The position numbers and the translations under genes are program-made. Below the pieces are notes generated by a model that had not been told where the DNA came from, made no database searches, and worked only from the letters and a program-made list of their open reading frames with translations. A stretch of DNA of 64,000 nucleotides from an uncultured delta proteobacterium (lineage in GTDB: Bacteria > Desulfobacterota > Desulfuromonadia > Desulfuromonadales > JACZKF01), in NCBI GenBank assembly GCA_963816395.1, contig CAWFKQ010000002.1, positions 45,144 through 109,143 on the forward strand, in the 5' to 3' direction. Positions 33,538 to 42,460 of the stretch are shown here, piece after piece (position 1 is the stretch's first letter; each line of letters opens with the position of its first letter).

Positions 33538-35883
33538 CTAGGCAATCTTCTCAATTTTCTTCAGGATTTTTATCAGGTGCGCCCGAATTCGGGTGCTGTC
33601 GGTCATGGCCAGAACCTCGCGGGCGACGCGGGTGGCGGTGCGGCTGTCGAGGTCGCGCAGAAAAGCCTTGGTGCGGGGGATGAAAGGGGAAGGCATGGAG
33701 AACTCGCGGATACCCATGCCGACCAGCAGCATGAATTGGAGGGGATCGGAAGCCATTTCACCGCAAAGGCAGAGCCCTTTGCCAAGCTTCAGCGCCGTTT
33801 GCGTCACCTCCCGGAGGACCTGCAGGACGGCAGGGTGCAACGGCTCGTAATAGCGGTTGACCAGCGGGTTGTTGCGATCGGCGGCCAGCATGTACTGAAT
33901 CAGATCATTAGTCCCCAGGGCGAAGAAGTCGACTTCCCTGGCCAGTTGATGGGCGAGCTGGACCGCCGCCGGCACCTCGATCATTACCCCCAAAGGAACC
34001 TCTTCGGCCATCGGCAGGCGCTCGCGGCGCAGGTTTTGCCGCGCCTCCTCAACCACCTGCTTGCAGGCATGAACCTCCTCCAGGCCTGAGATCATGGGAA
34101 AAAGCAACTTGACCTGGCCATGCACTCCGGCCATCAGGATTGCCTCGATCTGGGTGCGGAAGATGTCGCGGTTGTCCAGGGAGACGCGCACCGAGCGCCA
34201 GCCCATGAATGGATTATCCTCTTTGGGTGGGTTGAAATAAGGGAGGACTTTATCCCCGCCGATATCGAGGGTGCGGATGGTTACCGGGTGGCCGTCGAAA
34301 CCCTCGATCACCTTGCGATATAGTTGATATTGATCCTCCCGGTCGGGGAAATCGCAGCGTGTCATGTAAGGGAACTCCGTCCGATACAGGCCGACGCCTT
34401 CGGCACCATTGCGCAGTGCCACCTCGACGTCGCTCACCAGGCCGATATTGGCCCGCAGAACGATGCGCGCCCCGTCGGCGGTCGCCGCCGGGAGGTCGCG
34501 GAATTCCTCCAGTCGGTGCAGCTCCCGGCCACAGTCTTCTTCCAGGCGCCGATATTCCTCAACAATACGCGGGGTAGGATTTAAATAGAGACAACCTGAA
34601 TTGGCGTCGAGAATGACCCGATCTTCAGTAGAGGCCAATTTCATCACTCCCTTGACCCCTACCAGGGCGGGAATGCCCAGGCTCTTGGCCATGATCACCG
34701 CGTGGGAGTTGCGCTCCCCGGCTTCGGTGACGATCCCCAGAATCTGTTCATGGTCGAGGGCGGCCATATCCGAGGGGAGGATCTCCCGGGCGATCACGAT
34801 TCCCGGCGACTTCAATTGCAGGAGATGATTTTCCTGGCCGGCCAGGTTGGCCAGCAGGCGGCGGCCGATATCCTCCATGTCGGCGGCCCGCTCCCGCAGA
34901 TAGGCATCCTCCATGCGGCCGAAGGCTTCCACATATTCTCCAACCACTTTCTTCGCCGCCTGGGGTGCGCTGTGGCCGAGGTCGATTTCGCGATGAATTT
35001 TATCCAGAAAGCTGCGGTCCTCGAGAACCATCAGGTGGGTATGGAAGATAGCGGCATCGTCCTCGGAAAGGCGTTCGGCAACCCGCTTCTCCAAAAAGAG
35101 GGTCTGGATGCGGGTCTTCTCCAGTGCCCCATCCAGGCGAGAGTGCTCCTCCTCGGCATGTATCGCCAGTTCATCGAGAATATCGGCAAAGCCTAGACGC
35201 TCATCGAGAATGTATCCCACTCCGGAGATCACGCCGGGATAGGCCACTGTGCCGCGCAGGGCGGATTCCCGCCCTTCTTCCGGCAAGGTCTCCCGCTTCC
35301 CCAGGAGTGACTGCCGGGTTTTCTCCAATTCGCGGGCGAAACGGCTGGTTTCCTCCTCCTTCTGCCGGATGGAATCGAGCAGTCGGGCATTGATGACGAT
35401 GGAAGCTACCTGGAAGGCAATGGTGGAGAGCGCGCTGATCTCTTCCGCACTGAACTGGCGTGGCGCTTTGGTCTGGATGACGATGACGCCAAGCGGCGTT
35501 TTGCGGTCGAGTAGCGGAAGGCCGAGAAAGGAATGAAATCTTTCTTCCCCCGTTTCCCGGAAATAACGGTAACGGGGATGACTCTGCGGTTCCTGGATGG
35601 CTACCACCCGCCGCTCCTCGGCCGCCAGGCCGGTGAGGCCTTCGCCGAGCTGCAGGGTGACCTTGCCGATGGCCTTGCGGGAAAGCCCTTTGCTGGCCCG
35701 CAGTCGCAGGGCAGAGCCGTTGTCCTCGAGCAGGTAGATGGAACAGACGTCCGAGCGCATCCGCCGAGCCACCAGCGAGACGATATTGTCGAGGGTTTCC
35801 TCCAGATCATGCGATTGCAGGATGAGGGAGGAAATGTCTTCAAGGGTTGTAACTCCGAGCGCTTCGATGGTCCCTTTGGGCAT
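33538..35883 (-). CDS. ptsP: GAF-containing PEP-protein phosphotransferase (enzyme I-Ntr)
   Basis: N-terminal GAF; SHAVI phospho-His; GVGLYRTEF, RTLDIGGDK, GTNDLIQY, CGEMA. Confidence 0.95.
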   Translation of the reverse strand: MPKGTIEALGVTTLEDISSLILQSHDLEETLDNIVSLVARRMRSDVCSIYLLEDNGSALRLRASKGLSRKAIGKVTLQLGEGLTGLAAEERRVVAIQEPQSHPRYRYFRETGEERFHSFLGLPLLDRKTPLGVIVIQTKAPRQFSAEEISALSTIAFQVASIVINARLLDSIRQKEEETSRFARELEKTRQSLLGKRETLPEEGRESALRGTVAYPGVISGVGYILDERLGFADILDELAIHAEEEHSRLDGALEKTRIQTLFLEKRVAERLSEDDAAIFHTHLMVLEDRSFLDKIHREIDLGHSAPQAAKKVVGEYVEAFGRMEDAYLRERAADMEDIGRRLLANLAGQENHLLQLKSPGIVIAREILPSDMAALDHEQILGIVTEAGERNSHAVIMAKSLGIPALVGVKGVMKLASTEDRVILDANSGCLYLNPTPRIVEEYRRLEEDCGRELHRLEEFRDLPAATADGARIVLRANIGLVSDVEVALRNGAEGVGLYRTEFPYMTRCDFPDREDQYQLYRKVIEGFDGHPVTIRTLDIGGDKVLPYFNPPKEDNPFMGWRSVRVSLDNRDIFRTQIEAILMAGVHGQVKLLFPMISGLEEVHACKQVVEEARQNLRRERLPMAEEVPLGVMIEVPAAVQLAHQLAREVDFFALGTNDLIQYMLAADRNNPLVNRYYEPLHPAVLQVLREVTQTALKLGKGLCLCGEMASDPLQFMLLVGMGIREFSMPSPFIPRTKAFLRDLDSRTATRVAREVLAMTDSTRIRAHLIKILKKIEKIA

Positions 35884-35953
35884 TTTGGCCGGCCTGTTTT
35901 TATCGGGTGTAAATCGCCGATATCATAACGGAAAGCACAGCCTTTGGCGACAT

Positions 35954-35993
35954 AAAAAAACGCCGCCCGGGGGAGAGAGGTCCCGGTGCGGCG
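35954..35993 (-). terminator. Intrinsic terminator of the candidate sRNA
   Basis: CGCCGC(A)CCGGG-ACCTCTCTCC-CCCGGGCGGCG followed by T7. Confidence 0.85.
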
Positions 35994-36048
35994 CGAAGGG
36001 GGCAGGTTCCGTTCGGCTGGATCTGCTTCAAACCCCGGTAACTTGTGC
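35954..36048 (-). ncRNA. Candidate sigma-54-dependent small RNA (~95 nt)
   Basis: Bounded by the -24/-12 promoter (predicted +1 ~36048) and an intrinsic terminator; no RBS-led ORF inside. Confidence 0.6.
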
Positions 36049-36058
36049 TCACCTTTTT

Positions 36059-36074
36059 AGCAATCGTTGTGCCA
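36059..36074 (-). promoter_or_regulatory. Sigma-54 -24/-12 promoter
   Basis: TGGCACAACGATTGCT matches TGGCAC-N5-TTGC(A/T). Confidence 0.85.
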
Positions 36075-36150
36075 ACTTTATTAAAATGCCGGAATTGCCT
36101 GTAAACACGGGGGAAAAACGGGTTTGAAGAAATCGCCGCGCCGGTCTTTG

Positions 36151-36282
36151 CTGTGCCATCGATGGCACAGTGTGGGGGTAGGGAAGGGCGCTAAGAAGAG
36201 CGTGCCGGCTGAAAATTCGGGCCTTTTGGCGTGTGCCAGATATGGCAAGGAAGTTTTGCCGAGTTGTGCCAGATGTGGCTCA
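36151..36282. promoter_or_regulatory. Three palindromic upstream activator sites TGTGCCA-N4-TGGCACA
   Basis: 36151-36170 perfect CTGTGCCATCGATGGCACAG; 36232-36249 TGTGCCAGATATGGCAAG; 36265-36282 TGTGCCAGATGTGGCTCA. Confidence 0.75.
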
Positions 36283-38568
36283 GTGGGTATCGGTGCCTAC
36301 ATGGTCCCTGCCCCGCAGTCCGTAGCGGGAGAGAAGACGGTAGAACGTTCGGCGTGGGATGCCGGCCTGGCGGGCGGCTGCGGAAACATTGCCGCCCGCT
36401 TCCTGAAGGTAGCGCTTGAGAAGCGCTTTTTCCACCTGACTCAAATGTTTCTCCCGCTGATTGCGGAAGGTGGTTTCCTGCTCCGCCGGGAGGCCGCTTC
36501 CCTGCAGGGACAGTTCGCCGAAGACGACCGGCAGGTTCTCCAGCCGGATAACGCTGTCCTGGGCCAGCACCGCTGCCCGTTCGAGGACGTTCTGCAACTC
36601 CCGGATGTTGCCCGGCCACGGATATTGCCGCATGGCCTGGATCGCCCGGTCCTCGATCCCGACGATCGTCTTGTTCAGGCGCTTGCTGGCGCGGTCGAGA
36701 AAAGCATGAACAAGCTCCTCCAGTGATTCGTACCGGCTGCGCAGGGGGGGCATGGTAATGGTGAAGACATTCAGGCGGTAGAAGAGATCCTCGCGGAACC
36801 ACCCCTCGCGGACGCCGTTCTCCAGATTCCGGTTGGTGGCGGCGATCAGGCGCACATCGACCTTGATCGAGGTGTTGCCGCCGACCGGCCGGATCTCACC
36901 GCTGTCGAGTACGCGCAGCAGTTCGGCCTGGACTTTGGGGGTGATATCGCCGATCTCGTCGAGAAAGATGGTCCCTCCGTTGGCTGCTTCGAACAGCCCC
37001 TTGCTGTCGTGGACCGCGCCGGTGAAAGACCCTTTCTTGTGGCCGAACAGCTCACTCTCCAACAGGTTGTCGGTAAGGGTGGTGCAGTTGACCGTGACCA
37101 GCGGCTTGTCGGCGCGGTGGCTGACTTCGTGAATGGCGCGGGCGGTAAGCTCCTTGCCGGTGCCGCTTTCGCCGCGGATGAGGACGGTGGTGGGGGTGGG
37201 GCCGACCTGGTGGATCAGCTTGAGCACATCCAGGGTGCGCGAATCCTTGCCGATGATCGCGGTATCACCATACTCCTGCGCCAGGGCGCGCTGCGCCAGG
37301 TCATACTTCTGGGCCAGGCTGATGCGGTCCTCCTCCAGGCGTTTGAGGGAATAGGGGAGGCACATCTCCCGCTCGGCCAGCCCCTGGTAAACGGCCACTG
37401 CCAGGTCGCGGCAGTTGGAATAGCCGCAGGCGCCGCAATCGAGCTCGTCCCGTTCGACAAACTTGTTGGTCGACTGCAGGATCTGCCGGATGCTCTCGCC
37501 GCCCGGCAGTTCCAGGCGCTTGTACTTGTTGGTGAAGCGCCGCCTCAGATCGGGAAAGGGGAGCGCCTCCCGGTAATGCGGGGCGGTGGCATAGGGGATC
37601 CCGGGATTCTGGTAGTACTTCAGGATAATGTTGCGCTTGGAGAAGGTGGTGAGTCGATTATTCTTGCCGGGACCGCCAATACAGCCGCCGCTGCAGAAGC
37701 GGACATCGACGATGCGCGGGGTGATGCGGCCGGCGGCCAGGTCCTTGATCACCTCCAGGGCGCTCTCCTCGCCGGCGGTGGTGACGAATTCGGGATTGAA
37801 GAAATCGTTGCGGATGCCGAAGGCCTGAAATGGTCCGCCGGCAATGGGGAAGAGCCGGGCGCGCTCGGGAGGGCGGCCATCGAAGGAGCCGTCGGGCAGG
37901 CGGGCGAGGTCCATCCCCCGCTCCTGGAACATGCTGCTCAGCTCCTTGTAGGTAAGGACGGTATCGACCGCGCCGGCGACCGGCTCTGCCTCTATTTCGA
38001 ATTTTCCGGCGATACAGGAGCTGATGTAGATGACCCGCGTCTTCTTGCCCCGGCGGTCCTTGATGAAGCGGCCGATGGCCACCATCGGCGAGACCACCTG
38101 CATCAGATTTTTCAGCAGCTGCGGATAATGACGCTCGATCAGGTCGACGATGGTCGGGCAGTGGGTGGTGATCAGCGGCGATTCTGCCGGATGCTCGACC
38201 ATCCTGACGTAGCTGTCGATCAGCAGTTCGGCGCCACTCGCCCCTTCGTGCACCTCGCAGAAACCAAGGCGCCGCAGACCGGAGACCAGCTGTCCCGGGC
38301 GGACATCGTTGAAGAATGCGGGGTAGGAGCAGCCAAGGACCGCCACCACCTCCTCCCCACCGGCCAGCAGGCGCTCGGTTTCTTTGATGCAGTCGGCGAT
38401 AACCTTGGCCTGCTGCGAGCACACCTTAATGCACTTGCCGCAGCCGATGCAGCGGTCGTGGATCACCTCGGCCAGGTCCTGTTTGACCTTGATCGCTTTG
38501 ACCGGACAATTCCGCACGCAGGAATAGCACTTGCGGCAGCGTTCACGGAGCGTAGTGATCGGACCCAT
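36280..38568 (-). CDS. Sigma-54 enhancer-binding protein with 2x[4Fe-4S] ferredoxin, [FeFe]-hydrogenase-like domain, FeS domain, AAA+ and Fis HTH
   Basis: CRKCYSCVRNCP, CIGCGKCIKVC; TTHCP / SSCIAGKFE / FCSGGCIGGP; DCGACGYSNC; GESGTGKE, ESELFGHKKGSFTGA; C-terminal HTH. Confidence 0.92.
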   Translation of the reverse strand: MGPITTLRERCRKCYSCVRNCPVKAIKVKQDLAEVIHDRCIGCGKCIKVCSQQAKVIADCIKETERLLAGGEEVVAVLGCSYPAFFNDVRPGQLVSGLRRLGFCEVHEGASGAELLIDSYVRMVEHPAESPLITTHCPTIVDLIERHYPQLLKNLMQVVSPMVAIGRFIKDRRGKKTRVIYISSCIAGKFEIEAEPVAGAVDTVLTYKELSSMFQERGMDLARLPDGSFDGRPPERARLFPIAGGPFQAFGIRNDFFNPEFVTTAGEESALEVIKDLAAGRITPRIVDVRFCSGGCIGGPGKNNRLTTFSKRNIILKYYQNPGIPYATAPHYREALPFPDLRRRFTNKYKRLELPGGESIRQILQSTNKFVERDELDCGACGYSNCRDLAVAVYQGLAEREMCLPYSLKRLEEDRISLAQKYDLAQRALAQEYGDTAIIGKDSRTLDVLKLIHQVGPTPTTVLIRGESGTGKELTARAIHEVSHRADKPLVTVNCTTLTDNLLESELFGHKKGSFTGAVHDSKGLFEAANGGTIFLDEIGDITPKVQAELLRVLDSGEIRPVGGNTSIKVDVRLIAATNRNLENGVREGWFREDLFYRLNVFTITMPPLRSRYESLEELVHAFLDRASKRLNKTIVGIEDRAIQAMRQYPWPGNIRELQNVLERAAVLAQDSVIRLENLPVVFGELSLQGSGLPAEQETTFRNQREKHLSQVEKALLKRYLQEAGGNVSAAARQAGIPRRTFYRLLSRYGLRGRDHVGTDTH

Positions 38569-38599
38569 GTCAAATCCTGCACAGAGAGATGGAGGGAAT

Positions 38600-38617
38600 T
38601 GTGCCAGGGGTGGCACG
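38600..38617. promoter_or_regulatory. Fourth copy of the palindrome, upstream of the activator gene (probable autoregulation)
   Basis: TGTGCCAGGGGTGGCACG, 32 nt upstream of ATG 38568. Confidence 0.7.
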
Positions 38618-38624
38618 GGAAGTC

Positions 38625-38745
38625 AATTTTGAATTTTAAATGTTGAATTTTGAATTGAAAGGCCTAAATCCACTCGGGTGCTGCCACGGAGAATGTTTCT
38701 GTTCTGCCTGAATAATTCAAAATTAAGAATTCAAAATTCAGAATT
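38625..38745. repeat. Heptamer-based inverted repeat (AATTTTG/AATTCAA family)
   Basis: AATTTTG AATTTTA AATGTTG AATTTTG ... AATTCAA AATTAAG AATTCAA AATTCAG. Confidence 0.85.
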
Positions 38746-38747
38746 CG

Positions 38748-39737
38748 TCAGCTTTTCCGGAACTTCCCCACTTCTTCACTGAAATGGCAGGCAGCGAAAT
38801 GGTTCCCCCCTTTGTCCTCCAGGGGTGGATCGAGGCGGGTGCAGATTTCCCGGGCATAAGGGCAGCGGGGGTGGAAGTGACACCCCGGGGGAGGGAAAAT
38901 GGGCGAAGGGACTTCTCCCTTCAGCAGTTCGTGCTGCCGCCGGCGGGCGGGGTCGGGGACAGGGACGGCATTCAGCAGAGCTTCGGTGTAGGGGTGGCGG
39001 GGAGCCCGGTAGAGGTCGTCGGCCGTGGCCAGCTCAACGATCCGCCCCAGATACATGACCGCCACCCGGTCGCTGATATGCTCGATGACCGACAGGTCAT
39101 GGGCGATGAAAATGTAGGTCAGGCCGAATTCCTGCTGGATATCCTGCAGCAGATTGACTACCTGCGCCTGAATGGAGAGATCGAGAGCGGAAACCGGCTC
39201 ATCGGCGACAATCAGCTTCGGCTGCACCGCCAGGGCGCGGGCGATGCCGATGCGCTGGCGCTGGCCGCCGGAAAACTCGTGCGGGAAACGGTTGACGTGC
39301 TCCTCGCCGAGCCCGACCGTATTCAGCAGACGAACCACTTCTTCGTGGATGCCCTGGCCGCGGGCCAGACCATGGATGCGAAGCGGTTCGCCGACAATGT
39401 CGCCGATCCGCATCCGCGGACTGAGGGAGGAGTAAGGGTCCTGGAAAATCATCTGCAACTGCCGTCGCAGAGGCCGCAGCTGGCGTGGCGGCAGCTGCAG
39501 GAGGTCCTGCCCGCGAAAGAGCACCTGCCCGCTGTCCGCCTCGAGCAGGCGCAGAATCAGTTTGCCGGTGGTTGATTTGCCGCATCCCGACTCCCCGACC
39601 AGGCCCAGGGTTTCCCCCTCCTGCAGGGAGAAAGTGATTCCGTCCACCGCCCGCAGTTTCAGGTGGCGGCCGCCGAGCGGGCCGGGAGCTACGGCGAAGC
39701 TTTTCTTGAGTTCTCGAACTTCGAGCAGTGGTGCCAT
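38748..39737 (-). CDS. Oligo/dipeptide ABC transporter ATP-binding subunit (OppF/DppF type)
   Basis: [38 protein letters not shown]. Confidence 0.93.
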   Translation of the reverse strand: MAPLLEVRELKKSFAVAPGPLGGRHLKLRAVDGITFSLQEGETLGLVGESGCGKSTTGKLILRLLEADSGQVLFRGQDLLQLPPRQLRPLRRQLQMIFQDPYSSLSPRMRIGDIVGEPLRIHGLARGQGIHEEVVRLLNTVGLGEEHVNRFPHEFSGGQRQRIGIARALAVQPKLIVADEPVSALDLSIQAQVVNLLQDIQQEFGLTYIFIAHDLSVIEHISDRVAVMYLGRIVELATADDLYRAPRHPYTEALLNAVPVPDPARRRQHELLKGEVPSPIFPPPGCHFHPRCPYAREICTRLDPPLEDKGGNHFAACHFSEEVGKFRKS

Positions 39738-40691
39738 CTAGACGCTCCAGCGGCGGACAAAATGCCCCGGTGCTACCTCCTGCAGCGGCGGAATTTTCCC
39801 CTGCCGGGGCGAGAAAGGTGCAGGACAGGCATCGAGGAAGGAGCTGCCCGGCGGCAGCTCGGCCAGGGTGGTGCCGCCAACCGGGGCGAGTCGCTTCTTT
39901 TTCTCGCCCAGGCGGGGAATGCAGCCGAGCAGCCCCTTGGTATAGGGATGCTGCGGGTTGGCATAGACCGCCTGCACCGGCGCCTGTTCCATGATCAGTC
40001 CGGAGTTCATGATCGCCACCCGATCCGCAGATTCTGCGACCACCCCCAGATCGTGGGTGATCAGCAGGGTGGCCATTCCTCGCTCCTCCTTCAGTTTTTT
40101 CAGCAGTTCCATAATCTGGGCCTGGATGGTGACATCCAGGGCAGTGGTCGGTTCATCGGCGATCAGCAGCTTCGGGTCGCCGGCCAAAGCCATGGCGATC
40201 ATCACCCGCTGGCGCATCCCCCCGGAAAGCTGGTGCGGGTATTCGTGGATGCGCCGCTCCGGCGAAGGAATTCCCACCAGGGTGAGCAGATCAACCGCCG
40301 CCGCCTGCGCCTGACGTTCATCCATGCCCTTGTGCAGACGCAGCACCTCGCCAATCTGGGCGCCGATGCGAAAGACGGGATTGAGGGAAGTCATCGGCTC
40401 CTGAAAAATCATGGAGATCTGATTGCCGCGGATGCGCCGCATCTCGTCTTCAGGGATGTGCCGCAGATCGCTCCCCCGGAAACGGATCTCCCCTTCAACG
40501 ATGCGGCCGGGGAGAGGGACGAGGCGCAGGATGGAAAGGGCGGTCATCGATTTGCCGCAGCCCGATTCACCGACCAGGGCCAGGGTTTCCCCTTCCTGGA
40601 TGAAGAATTCGATGCCGCGGATCGCCTTCACCAGTCCGCCGGAAGTAAAAAAATAGGTCATCAGATTGGCGATTTCGAGCAGGGGCGGCAT
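39738..40691 (-). CDS. Oligo/dipeptide ABC transporter ATP-binding subunit (OppD/DppD type)
   Basis: [32 protein letters not shown]. Confidence 0.93.
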   Translation of the reverse strand: MPPLLEIANLMTYFFTSGGLVKAIRGIEFFIQEGETLALVGESGCGKSMTALSILRLVPLPGRIVEGEIRFRGSDLRHIPEDEMRRIRGNQISMIFQEPMTSLNPVFRIGAQIGEVLRLHKGMDERQAQAAAVDLLTLVGIPSPERRIHEYPHQLSGGMRQRVMIAMALAGDPKLLIADEPTTALDVTIQAQIMELLKKLKEERGMATLLITHDLGVVAESADRVAIMNSGLIMEQAPVQAVYANPQHPYTKGLLGCIPRLGEKKKRLAPVGGTTLAELPPGSSFLDACPAPFSPRQGKIPPLQEVAPGHFVRRWSV

Positions 40692-40835
40692 GGCATACCT
40701 CTGGGCGGGAAAGCGGGTGTTCAAATTTACACAGGAAATGTTTTTCGGTCAAGCCGGCCGAGAGGAGTGGCCAATCCTGAAATTTTAGTTTATAATGAAC
40801 TATAATTAAAGTATGCTATCATCGAAGGAGGGATC

Positions 40836-42038
40836 ATGTTTCGCCCTGAGACCAAACAACCGGCGTTGCCCTGCCTGACCGTCGGCGAGCGGCTGGAGAG
40901 GATTTTTCACTCCCTGTCGGACGGTCTGATCATTGTCGATGAAGGGGAACGGGTCATCTCCATGAACCCGGCGGCGGAGAGGCTTTGCGGGTTGCAGCAG
41001 AAGACCCTTTTTTCCGGCTGCCTTGCTGACTGTATCAGCGATCGCCGGATGCTGAAGCGCCTGCGGGCGGCCGCTGTGGGCCGGGGAGGGAAGCAGCGGT
41101 TCGAATGTGAACTGCCGGCCGGGCAGGCCCCCGCCCGGGTGATTACGGTGGAGGCGATTGCGCTGGAGGACGGGGAGAGAGAAAACGCCGGGACCGCTTT
41201 TCTGCTGCGGGACATCACCCACCAGCGGGAGGTGGAGCGGCTGAAAAGCGAGTTCATCTGCACTGCCGCGCACGAACTGCGCACTCCGCTGACCGCCATC
41301 ATGGGTTTTTCGGAACTGCTCCTGACCCGTCCCGACCTGGAGCCGGAGCAGAAACGGGATTTTCTCACCTTCATTCATCGAAGGGCGGAAAACCTGGCGG
41401 AAATCATCGCCGACCTCCTCGACCTCAGCCGTATCGAAGCCGGGCGGGGATTAGCGCTCTCGCTGCAGCTTGGCGAAATAAATTCCCTCGTCCGGGATAC
41501 CGTCCAGCCTTACCATACCTGCTCCTCCCGCCACCGTCTGGAGGTGGTTCTGCCCGAGCAGCCGATTAAATTGCAGTTGGACCGCGGAAAGATAATCCAG
41601 GTGCTGGAAAATCTTCTCAGCAATGCCTTCAAGTATTCGCCCCAAGGGGGCACCATCGAAGTGAGCGGCATCCTGGTGCCGGGGGCGTTCGAGTTGACCG
41701 TCCGGGATACGGGTATCGGTATGTCGCGGGAAGAGGCGGAGCAGGCATTCGATAAATTCTACCGCGCCGATCGCAGCCATGCCGCCGTGCAGGGCACCGG
41801 TCTCGGGTTGAGCATCAGCAAATACATCGTCGAGGCACACGGTGGCCGCATCTGGCTGGAGAGCAGGAAAGGGAAAGGAACGGCCGTCTCCTTCGCGCTC
41901 CCCCTGGCATTGCAGGAAGGGGAAACGGAAGGGCTCGAGGATGCCGCGGGCCGGCTCGGCGATCCCTCTCCGGGGAACTGCCTCAGCCCCCCGGCGTCGG
42001 CGCTGCCTCCGTCTCCTGCAGGGCCTTCAACGTTTTGA
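40836..42038 (+). CDS. Cytoplasmic PAS-domain sensor histidine kinase
   Basis: PAS domain; AHELRTPL H-box; NLLSNAFKY, DTGIG, FDKFYR, GTGLGL. Confidence 0.92.
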   Translation: MFRPETKQPALPCLTVGERLERIFHSLSDGLIIVDEGERVISMNPAAERLCGLQQKTLFSGCLADCISDRRMLKRLRAAAVGRGGKQRFECELPAGQAPARVITVEAIALEDGERENAGTAFLLRDITHQREVERLKSEFICTAAHELRTPLTAIMGFSELLLTRPDLEPEQKRDFLTFIHRRAENLAEIIADLLDLSRIEAGRGLALSLQLGEINSLVRDTVQPYHTCSSRHRLEVVLPEQPIKLQLDRGKIIQVLENLLSNAFKYSPQGGTIEVSGILVPGAFELTVRDTGIGMSREEAEQAFDKFYRADRSHAAVQGTGLGLSISKYIVEAHGGRIWLESRKGKGTAVSFALPLALQEGETEGLEDAAGRLGDPSPGNCLSPPASALPPSPAGPSTF

Positions 42039-42180
42039 CGATGACCTCCTTGCGGCTCCTCAGTAAATTCCGGTAGTCCAACCGGTCGGTATCGGCGATT
42101 TCCATGCTCAGGTCCGAAAGGTAGCCATCCAGCACATCTCGCAGAACCTGTTTCTCCTCCGGGGTGAGATCGAGTGGCAT
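41983..42180 (-). CDS. Small helical hypothetical protein (65 aa)
   Basis: AGGAGG RBS before ATG; MPLDLTPEEKQVLRDVLDGYLSDLSMEIADTD; 3' end overlaps the kinase. Confidence 0.7.
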   Translation of the reverse strand: MPLDLTPEEKQVLRDVLDGYLSDLSMEIADTDRLDYRNLLRSRKEVIVKTLKALQETEAAPTPGG

Positions 42181-42460
42181 ATGACCCTCCTTCCTGCGGC
42201 GCGCGAATAGACCGGGACCGGTCCTGACTTCGCGCTGCACCCATAATCCAATTGTAAGTGCTTTCCGCCGGGAGACAACCGGCAGCCTCTCTTTCATTTC
42301 CCCCACCCCCGTGCTAGAATCCCCTCCCTTATAGATTTACGTCATAAGTTTTTCCAGGCGTAGTGAAAATGACCAGATGCGGAATGCCCGAAATGCCGCA
42401 ACCAGGATCCGGGCAATGGCGCAGATGGTGTTTTTCCTACGTCGGCCAAGGAGTGCCCTC

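Noticed and set aside
36280..38568. Catalytic [FeFe]-hydrogenase
   Set aside because: Catalytic residues are substituted, the domain is fused to AAA+/HTH, and no maturases are nearby
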